The notes under the pieces are model-generated. The model did not search any database. It was not told where the DNA came from and saw only the letters and a program-made list of their open reading frames with translations. A program made the position numbers and the translations under genes. A stretch of 47,829 nucleotides of DNA from an uncultured Bacteroidales bacterium (GTDB taxonomy: Bacteria > Bacteroidota > Bacteroidia > Bacteroidales > UBA3663), in contig CACYQQ010000009.1 of NCBI GenBank assembly GCA_902776605.1, positions 1 to 47,829 on the forward strand, given 5' to 3'. Shown piece by piece: positions 23,916 through 30,736 of this stretch (its first letter is position 1; each line of letters begins with the position of its first letter).

Positions 23916-25397
23916 ATGTCCAAATACGATATAGTAATCATAGGTTCCGGACTGGGCGGTTTGCAGTGTGCCTATATCCTTGGTAAAAAGGGATATAAGG
24001 TGCTGTTGTTGGAGCGCCAAGTGCAGCCAGGTGGTTGTATGCAGAGCTACAAACGTCATGGCGAGTGGTTGGATACCGGCATGCACTACGTGGGTGGCCT
24101 CGGCGAAGGCAATTGTCTGCATTCCACCTTCAAGTACCTGGGATTGACCGACCTGCCGTGGCAGCACCTAGATCCGACCGGTTTTGACCGCGTCACCATC
24201 GGCGACCGGACCTTCAAGTATGCGCAGGGGCATGAGGCCTTTGTCGAAACGCTGGCGCGGGAGTTTCCGCAGGAGCGCAAGGGATTGGAAAGCTATGCCA
24301 AGACCATGAAGGAGGTTGGTAATCACCTCTTTGACGCTATCAAGCCACGCGATGAGGTGGACTTCTTTACGACATCTCTCTTTGCGTCAAGCACTTACGA
24401 CTACCTGCACGAGACATTCAAAGATGATTTGCTCATCAATGTGTTGTGTGGTTCGTCGTTGAAGATGGAGTTGGCCAAAGAGACCTTGCCTCTCTACAAT
24501 TTCGCCCAAGCCAACAACAGTTTTGTGCAAGGCAGTTACCGACTGAAGGGCGATGGCAACTTGATTGTTAACAAGTTGCTGGATAGTATCCGTTCCTTCG
24601 GCGGTGAGTTGATATGCAATGCCGAGGTGGAGGAACTCATTGAGAAAGAGGGTCGGCTGGTGGCCGCCCGTTGCTCCAATGGCGAAACCTATGAGGGCAA
24701 CATCTTCATCAGCAATGCCCATCCCGCTGTGACTTGCGACTTGGTGAAGGAAAGCACCAAACTCAAGAAGGTGTATCGCAACCGCATTGCCCGATTGGAG
24801 AACACATACGGTATGTACACGGTGAGCGTGGTGCTCAAACCGGGCCAGTTGAAGTATTTCAATTGGAACCAGTATATCTACAAGGAACCCAACGTGTGGG
24901 ACTATTACAAGGCCGATGGACCGGTGAGTGGTATCCTGATTTCTTGTCGCGTACCCGAGTCGGGCGACGATGCACGTATCCTCGACATCCTGACTCCGCT
25001 GCCTTGGGAGCGTATCGAACAATGGTCGGACACGAAAGTGGGCCATCGCGGTGATGACTATCGCGCTATGAAGGAGCGGTTGGCCGAAGAGTGTATTGCG
25101 TTGGCCGAGACCTTCATCCCTGGTTTGCACCATATGGTTGAGGCACATTATAGCACGACACCATTGACCTACCGTGACTACACTTTGACCCCTAACGGTT
25201 CGGCATACGGTGTCCGCAAGGACTATCACAACCCGATGATGACACTCTTGTCGGCCAAGACGCCTATCCCGAATCTCTATCTGACAGGGCAGAGTCTCAC
25301 GCTGCACGGACTGTTGGGCGTCACGATGACTTCGCTCTTCACGGTGTCCGAAATCATCGGCAAAGAAGAGGCTTGGAAGATTACGCAGACGGTTTAA
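23916..25397 (+). CDS. FAD-dependent oxidoreductase, phytoene-desaturase (CrtI/CrtD-like) family
   Basis: MSKYDIVIIGSGLGGLQCAYILGKKGYKVLLLERQVQPGGC is the Rossmann dinucleotide-binding fold. 493 aa. C-terminal LYLTGQSLTLHGLLGV. The ORF-track start 23907 is a TTG. Confidence 0.8.
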   Translation: MSKYDIVIIGSGLGGLQCAYILGKKGYKVLLLERQVQPGGCMQSYKRHGEWLDTGMHYVGGLGEGNCLHSTFKYLGLTDLPWQHLDPTGFDRVTIGDRTFKYAQGHEAFVETLAREFPQERKGLESYAKTMKEVGNHLFDAIKPRDEVDFFTTSLFASSTYDYLHETFKDDLLINVLCGSSLKMELAKETLPLYNFAQANNSFVQGSYRLKGDGNLIVNKLLDSIRSFGGELICNAEVEELIEKEGRLVAARCSNGETYEGNIFISNAHPAVTCDLVKESTKLKKVYRNRIARLENTYGMYTVSVVLKPGQLKYFNWNQYIYKEPNVWDYYKADGPVSGILISCRVPESGDDARILDILTPLPWERIEQWSDTKVGHRGDDYRAMKERLAEECIALAETFIPGLHHMVEAHYSTTPLTYRDYTLTPNGSAYGVRKDYHNPMMTLLSAKTPIPNLYLTGQSLTLHGLLGVTMTSLFTVSEIIGKEEAWKITQTV

Positions 25398-25461
25398 ACT
25401 ATGTGATGCTTCGCGCGTCTAAAAAGTAATTGATAATTGAGAGTTGATGTTTGTATTGTCC

Positions 25462-25509
25462 GTTAACTACTGAAGTGAAGCGATAACTCCTGTTAACTCC
25501 CATTAACTT
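25462..25509 (-). repeat. Dispersed ~50-bp GGAGTTAAC/GTTATCGCTTC element, inverted copy upstream of fabG
   Basis: GTTAACTACTGAAGTGAAGCGATAACTCCTGTTAACTCCCATTAACTT is the reverse complement of the 10842-10890 element with a few substitutions. Its end supplies a TAACTTTG -7 box at 25504-25511. Confidence 0.85.
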
Positions 25510-25533
25510 TGAAAATAATTATAAACGAATTAT

Positions 25534-26268
25534 ATGAAATATGCATTAGTTACCGGCGGTAGCCGTGGCATTGGCCGCGCAGTGAGCATCAAGTTGGCTC
25601 AGATGGGTTACCGCATTATTATCAACTATGTAAATAATACAACCGCTGCAGAAGAGACCCTTCAGTTGGTGCGCGAGGCCGGTTCGGATGGCGAGATGCT
25701 GAAGTTCAACGTGGGCGATGCAGCTCAGGTGAAAGAGGCTATCGAGACTTGGCAGGCAGCACATGCCGACAATGACGAATACATCGAAGTCGTTGTGAAT
25801 AATGCCGGTATCCGTCGTGACAACCTCATGGCCCTCATGCCAGGTGAAGACTGGTTGTCGGTCATCAACACCACGCTCAATGGTTTCTTCAATGTCACCG
25901 CTCCTCTCATCTCTCAGATGCAGTTCCACAAGTTCGGCCGTATCATCAACATGGCCAGCGTGAGCGGTATCATGGGTATGCAGGGCCAGACCAACTACTC
26001 GGCTGCCAAGGGCGGACTCATCTCTGCCACCAAGGCATTGGCCAAGGAGGTTGCCCGTAAGAACATCACGGTCAACGCTGTAGCTCCTGGTTTCATCAAG
26101 ACCGACATGGTGGAGGGCCTCGACGAGAAGGAACTCAAGAAGACTATCCCTGCCAACCGTTTCGGTCAGCCGGAGGAGGTCGCTGCTTTGGTCGGTTTCC
26201 TCGCTTCGCCCGAGGCAGGTTACATCACCGGCAACGTCATCAGCATCAACGGCGGATTGTACACCTAA
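25534..26268 (+). CDS. fabG: 3-oxoacyl-ACP reductase (SDR family)
   Basis: ALVTGGSRGIGRA cofactor motif, NNAGI, and catalytic S...YSAAKGG. 244 aa. Confidence 0.9.
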   Translation: MKYALVTGGSRGIGRAVSIKLAQMGYRIIINYVNNTTAAEETLQLVREAGSDGEMLKFNVGDAAQVKEAIETWQAAHADNDEYIEVVVNNAGIRRDNLMALMPGEDWLSVINTTLNGFFNVTAPLISQMQFHKFGRIINMASVSGIMGMQGQTNYSAAKGGLISATKALAKEVARKNITVNAVAPGFIKTDMVEGLDEKELKKTIPANRFGQPEEVAALVGFLASPEAGYITGNVISINGGLYT

Positions 26269-26272
26269 AAAA

Positions 26273-26310
26273 GACCCTCTCCCTAACCCTCCCCCGTAAT
26301 GGGGAGGGGA
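26273..26310. repeat. CCCTCCCC/GGGGAGGG hairpin element (copy 1)
   Basis: GACCCTCTCCCTAACCCTCCCCCGTAATGGGGAGGGGA. Related to 41896-41930. Confidence 0.8.
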
Positions 26311-26405
26311 GTAAGATACATAAGTTCGATGAGGGAGTAATGTTGGTTCTATTGGCGGACGTGTTTCCTGTCTAATAACCTATTGTATAGCAGTTCGTTT
26401 CGTCA

Positions 26406-26455
26406 GTTAACTCCTTGAGCGAAGCGATAACTTCTGTTAACTCCCCATTAACTCC
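26406..26455 (-). repeat. Dispersed ~50-bp GGAGTTAAC/GTTATCGCTTC element, inverted copy upstream of the LolA-like gene
   Basis: GTTAACTCCTTGAGCGAAGCGATAACTTCTGTTAACTCCCCATTAACTCC. Confidence 0.85.
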
Positions 26456-26472
26456 AAAGACATTACAAAATT

Positions 26473-27102
26473 ATGAAGAAAGTTTTATTTATACTCACAC
26501 TTATATTCTGCCAATGTTCCCTGTTCTTGGCCTCAGCACAGGATGACGAGATGATGCAGAAGGCACAGGAGCGTTTCAAGAACATGCAGACGCTTCAAGC
26601 GGATGTCACGGTGACCAAACATAACACGATGGTTACCAAGGATATCGTCTCGAAGGGTAAGTTCTATTTCAAGAAGCCTTCGCGCATGTGCCTTACCGCC
26701 GGTACCGATGTCCTCCTGATGGATGGCGAGAAGTTCACGATGGTGATGGACGGCAAGTCGCAGACCATGAGCGGCAAGGGCAATAGCCAGATGGAGGCGC
26801 TCAAGACCATGATGCAGAACTTCAGCGCTGGTCAGGAGAGCGACATCGACCTCTCCGAGATTGCTGACGTGGATGTCGAGAAGTCGGGCAACACCATGAC
26901 GCTCACCATCACACCTATTGTCACCGACCCCAAGCAGAAGCGCAAGCAACTGTTCCAATCCTTCGTCGTGGTCATCGACCAACAGAAAGCTGAACTCAAG
27001 TCGGTGCGCCTCAACGAAAAGGGCAAGAATTATACCCAGTATGATTTCTCCAACTTCAAGCAGAATGGCACCATCGATGATGCGGTGTTCTCTGCCAAAT
27101 AA
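26473..27102 (+). CDS. LolA-like outer-membrane lipoprotein carrier family protein
   Basis: Signal peptide MKKVLFILTLIFCQCSLFLASA. FKNMQTLQADVTVTK ... GKFYFKKPSRM resembles the LolA N-terminal strands. 209 aa. Recurrent partner of MMPL exporters in aryl-polyene-type loci. Confidence 0.7.
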   Translation: MKKVLFILTLIFCQCSLFLASAQDDEMMQKAQERFKNMQTLQADVTVTKHNTMVTKDIVSKGKFYFKKPSRMCLTAGTDVLLMDGEKFTMVMDGKSQTMSGKGNSQMEALKTMMQNFSAGQESDIDLSEIADVDVEKSGNTMTLTITPIVTDPKQKRKQLFQSFVVVIDQQKAELKSVRLNEKGKNYTQYDFSNFKQNGTIDDAVFSAK

Positions 27103-27242
27103 GAATTTCCAAATCGGGAATGGTATCAGAGTGAAAAAGTAAATTCTCAATAGGGAGAGTTATATTGAGACAATTTGTAGCGACTTTCAACAAATGTCCC
27201 TTTCACTTCCTTTTCACTCCCCTTCCATTCCTTTGTCGTATT

Positions 27243-27683
27243 ATGAAAGCCGAACAGAAAGTAATCCTGGAAGATTTTGTCGAGATTCGGGTCAAATTCA
27301 GTGAGATAGACTCCATGCGCCGAGCTTGGCACGGCAGTTATGTCACCTATATGGAGGATGGACGTGAGTCGTTCGGCCTCCATTATCCTGGTATCGGATA
27401 TGCCGATATCACGGCCTCGGGCATCTATGCTCCCATCGTAGATATCCATGTCAAGTACTATGGTCCCCTTGAACTCAACGACATCGTGGTCATCCGTACC
27501 CGTTATGTCTATCATCCAGGTGCCCGACTCGACTACAACTACGAGATGCGCCGCAAGAGTGACGGCGCCCTCTGTTGTCGAGCCACTACCACCCAACTCT
27601 TCATTGACCCCGAGGGAAAACTCCTCACCGACAAGCCCCAGTATTATGAAGACTGGCAAAAGAAATATGGGGTGATAGAATAA
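27243..27683 (+). CDS. 4HBT/YbgC-like acyl-CoA (acyl-ACP) thioesterase
   Basis: IRVKFSEIDSMRRAWHGSYVTYMEDGRESF matches the hotdog thioesterase N-terminal block (V.y.D.D..g.v.h..Y). ATG 27243 is preferred to the alternative-codon start 27165. Confidence 0.75.
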   Translation: MKAEQKVILEDFVEIRVKFSEIDSMRRAWHGSYVTYMEDGRESFGLHYPGIGYADITASGIYAPIVDIHVKYYGPLELNDIVVIRTRYVYHPGARLDYNYEMRRKSDGALCCRATTTQLFIDPEGKLLTDKPQYYEDWQKKYGVIE

Positions 27684-27702
27684 ACATACACATCTACTCG
27701 AC

Positions 27703-27742
27703 AAGCCGCAGAAATATCCTCACAAAGATATTTCTGCGGCTT
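27703..27742. terminator. Strong terminator hairpin at the end of the lipid locus (probably bidirectional)
   Basis: AAGCCGCAGAAATATC-ctcacaaa-GATATTTCTGCGGCTT, a perfect 16-bp stem 20 nt after the thioesterase stop. Confidence 0.75.
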
Positions 27743-27843
27743 GCTTATTGATTAACGCTACCAATTTTTCGTCAAATTGATGAGCAAAATACAAAACTAT
27801 ACACATTTATGATAAGGGTATAGTTGTCACTATACTGGCCATA

Positions 27844-27939
27844 TCACTTCTTCGGAGGATTATTGCCCCGCCCATTTCCAGAAGGTCTACCAGTTGTGCT
27901 TGGACCATTTGCAGGTCTTGGATTTGAACCTTTTGCCAT
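27844..27939 (-). CDS. Candidate 31-aa Gly/Pro/Asn/Arg-rich small ORF, third cistron of the A+T-rich islet
   Basis: Own translation: MAKGSNPRPANGPSTTGRPSGNGRGNNPPKK-stop. The ATG lies 4 nt after the TPR gene stop. Below the ORF-track size cut-off. No independent support. Confidence 0.3.
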   Translation of the reverse strand: MAKGSNPRPANGPSTTGRPSGNGRGNNPPKK

Positions 27940-27943
27940 ATTG

Positions 27944-28780
27944 TTACATCTCCTTTCTTTGTTTGATTAAAGCAGATTGAGCTTCTGCATATATTTGTTT
28001 CAATATTTTTATCTCTTTTCCAGCTATATCACAGAATCCGTTTGCACGGAGCCAATTCATAGTTTCTTCTATAAAACTAAGGCATTGTTCAAAATCCGTA
28101 TGAAGTAATTGCAGTCGAGCAATTCGTGGATAGTTGGCAAAATATCGAGGGTTAAGAATGCTTGATTTTCTAAAGAAATCATAAGACTTTTCATATAAAT
28201 ATTGTTTCTCGTTGTCTCCTTCCTGTGATATTTTTAACAAATCCTCCAATTGTTGCAAATATACCAAGCCTAAATCATGATAAGCTTCATACATGTATCC
28301 ATCAATCTTTACACATTGTTCGAAACAAGATTTTGCCTCATCATACTTTTTATAAATATCAAGGTATAATCTGCCTTTGTGTAACCAAGCCAATGTATTA
28401 CTGCTATCACAATCGATGGCGATTTCAATATCTTTCAACGACTCATCATAATTGCCCAATTGACCTGAAATATAGCTTTTCAGTCTATAGGCTTCACTAT
28501 ATCTGGGATGTGCAGTCAGCACGTTGTTCACAATGAGCTGTGCATCTTGTATATTGTTAGATTGAAGCGCTTGAACGCCACTTAACAGAGACATTAAACC
28601 TTCTTGATCAATATCTCCTACAGTTTCAATTATCGTATTGTCATCTTTTAGAGTATATATATAGTTGAAACCTATAGCGCTTTTATTGAAATTCAACCAT
28701 TTCAAGGCCTCATCAATATTTTTAGCTCCCAGCAATCTTGAGTCACCTAACTTAAAAATATTGGTTGTTAAAGTTGCCAT
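27944..28780 (-). CDS. Tetratricopeptide-repeat (TPR) protein, 278 aa, cytoplasmic
   Basis: TPR-like 34-aa helical pairs (SEAYRLKSYISGQLGNYDESLKDIEIAIDCDSSN, TLAWLHKGRLYLDIYKKYDEAKSCFEQCVKID, YEAYHDLGLVYLQ). No signal peptide. A+T-rich codon usage unlike the neighbours. Confidence 0.75.
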   Translation of the reverse strand: MATLTTNIFKLGDSRLLGAKNIDEALKWLNFNKSAIGFNYIYTLKDDNTIIETVGDIDQEGLMSLLSGVQALQSNNIQDAQLIVNNVLTAHPRYSEAYRLKSYISGQLGNYDESLKDIEIAIDCDSSNTLAWLHKGRLYLDIYKKYDEAKSCFEQCVKIDGYMYEAYHDLGLVYLQQLEDLLKISQEGDNEKQYLYEKSYDFFRKSSILNPRYFANYPRIARLQLLHTDFEQCLSFIEETMNWLRANGFCDIAGKEIKILKQIYAEAQSALIKQRKEM

Positions 28781-28782
28781 AT

Positions 28783-29634
28783 TTATTTAATTTTGGAGAA
28801 TACATAATCTATACTACTAGTGTCAGTGTCACCAAACTTATTCTTTGTCCCTTTATTATGCTCCGTACGAATTGAGTCCGGTGAAATGTCTTTCATTTTG
28901 CAAGAAAAACAGTGTGCAACGGTATCCCAATCTTTCTTTCCGGGTTGAAGAGGCTTTAGAATCATCTTTATAAACAAAGATAATTGCTTCAATGTTCCAC
29001 ACCAATTAAAACGCTCAAAATGCTCATTTTTGCGTAGAGGGACATTGAACATATGAACAAAGTCGTACATTGCACTTGGGCCAGAGTCAATCAACATCCT
29101 TTCATTACACCAATAGTATATTTGACGTAACTGATCCTCATTAAATTTTGTGACCAAAATGGGCAAACAGTCTTCTGTCGCGCTCAGATATCCTCTATTA
29201 TTGATTTGTGACGAGAGTAAATCTAAACGCTCAAAGATAAAATCCGCAAACTTCATCCAATCGTTCCAATATACAGACATGTCTTTGCGCTCAAATACAT
29301 GAAACCTTGGCACATTCAATAAAGTATCAAATACACTCTTTAATGTGTATGTACTATTTGAGACATGAAAAGACTCCTCAATATCAGTCCAAGGTATCTC
29401 ATTGACGGTATTCCATCCAACTATACGAAGAATGATACAAAGTATAATGGGCATCTTATCTTGTGTGCCCTCAAACTCAAAATGTATTTCATTTTGATTA
29501 TCTGCATTATAAAAAAGACTCAAGAAATCTTCTGGCCTTGGTTTTGTTTCCGAATTAAGAAACTTGTAAGAGATAAGCCGAAAATAGATTTCGCGCAATT
29601 GGTCTTTTGTCCATGGGGTAGGTAGCTTGTTCAT
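28783..29634 (-). CDS. Hypothetical protein, 283 aa, with an internal two-fold domain duplication
   Basis: Repeat 1 is WTKDQLREIYFRL...EDFLSLF...FEFEGTQDKMPIILCIILRI...WTDIEESF. Repeat 2 is FNEDQLRQIYYWC...YDFVHMF...FERFNWCGTLKQLSLFIKMIL...WDTVAHCF. No motif I can assign. 2-nt gap to the TPR gene. Confidence 0.7.
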   Translation of the reverse strand: MNKLPTPWTKDQLREIYFRLISYKFLNSETKPRPEDFLSLFYNADNQNEIHFEFEGTQDKMPIILCIILRIVGWNTVNEIPWTDIEESFHVSNSTYTLKSVFDTLLNVPRFHVFERKDMSVYWNDWMKFADFIFERLDLLSSQINNRGYLSATEDCLPILVTKFNEDQLRQIYYWCNERMLIDSGPSAMYDFVHMFNVPLRKNEHFERFNWCGTLKQLSLFIKMILKPLQPGKKDWDTVAHCFSCKMKDISPDSIRTEHNKGTKNKFGDTDTSSIDYVFSKIK

Positions 29635-29653
29635 ATTTTTTTTATTTTGGGTG

Positions 29654-29661
29654 CAAAGATA
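29654..29661 (-). promoter_or_regulatory. -7 promoter box (TATCTTTG on minus strand) for the A+T-rich islet operon
   Basis: Plus strand reads CAAAGATA, 20 nt upstream of ATG 29634. Confidence 0.5.
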
Positions 29662-29816
29662 TAGTATTTTTAGGACATAATCTCCGAAAAAAGTTTCAAA
29701 AAAGTTTCAAACTTAAAAAAGTGATTTTTGTGCCAAAAATCTATGCCCCTCATCAATAAATATGTCTAATCAATCATAAATTTATCATTTCTTGCGCTCT
29801 TTTTCAAAATATTTAT

Positions 29817-29824
29817 TATCTTTG
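29817..29824 (+). promoter_or_regulatory. -7 promoter box (TATCTTTG)
   Basis: 47 nt upstream of ATG 29871. Confidence 0.5.
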
Positions 29825-29870
29825 CCGCGTAAACACAGTTTGAAAAATACTAAAACTCTTAAAAAATATC

Positions 29871-30548
29871 ATGCTTATGAAAAAGACTTTACTCCTTGCA
29901 GCCTTGGCATTGACCAGTATGGCTGCTGTGGCACAAGAGACATTTACCCGCGAGATGCCTTGTAAGAATGACTTTGGTCAGGTGATTGCCAACAAGATGG
30001 GCACCATCTGTCTGCCTTATGCAGCCGAGCCATCGGATTGCTCGGTATATAAACTGGTGTCGGCTTCGGCTCAGGAATGGGTGTTCCAGCAGGTGACCAG
30101 CATGGAGGCCAATACACCATACGTCTTCGTCGTCGATAACAACACTACGCTCGAAGCCTCCTTCACCAAGGTGGGCGAAGAGGTGGCTTGCCAGAATCCA
30201 GTAGCCGATGCAGCTGGTGTAGAGGGCGCTTTTGTTGGAACCTATCAGCGCAAGATGCTTCGTGGCCAGAAGATGTATTTCCTGTCGCACGACAAGATCA
30301 ACTTCAACAATGGACAGCCCATCGTCGCTACTCCTTATCGCGCCTATTTCTCGGCCGACGTGATGCCAGCCGGTGAAACTATCTCCGACAACCTGAAGTT
30401 GACTTTCCTCTCAGCCAACGATGAGGGTACGACTGCCATCGACGCTACTGCCCTGAAGGAGGAAGCTGAAACTGCAGTTGGCAGCCAGAACATCGGTTTG
30501 AAGCAGGGCCGTTACAACATCAACGGCAAGAAGGTCGTCGTGAAGTAA
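29871..30548 (+). CDS. Small secreted protein of unknown function with T9SS-like C-terminal tail
   Basis: Signal peptide MLMKKTLLLAALALTSMAAVAQE (alternative start at 29877). The C-terminus GTTAIDATAL...GLKQGRYNINGKKVVVK resembles the end of T9SS sorting domains. Confidence 0.6.
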   Translation: MLMKKTLLLAALALTSMAAVAQETFTREMPCKNDFGQVIANKMGTICLPYAAEPSDCSVYKLVSASAQEWVFQQVTSMEANTPYVFVVDNNTTLEASFTKVGEEVACQNPVADAAGVEGAFVGTYQRKMLRGQKMYFLSHDKINFNNGQPIVATPYRAYFSADVMPAGETISDNLKLTFLSANDEGTTAIDATALKEEAETAVGSQNIGLKQGRYNINGKKVVVK

Positions 30549-30736
30549 TCGCTTCCAGAGACGATATCATATATGAGCAATGCCAAGTAGTAGTTGATAC
30601 TGCTTGGCATTGCTCTTTTTTTCATAGCATTCGGAATCTATCCACTTTTGTCCAACCGGCCGTTGGCTATCTATAAATAAGCCCGACTGTGCGTTGTGGC
30701 GACAGTCGGGCTCAAAAAGATATCTGTGGTCGAGGA

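Noticed and set aside
27905-27935. GGTTCAAATCC on the minus strand, resembling a tRNA T-loop
   Set aside because: The flanking bases cannot form a T-stem (AAAGG versus CCAAG), and no acceptor or anticodon arms can be drawn. The motif lies inside the candidate 31-aa ORF.
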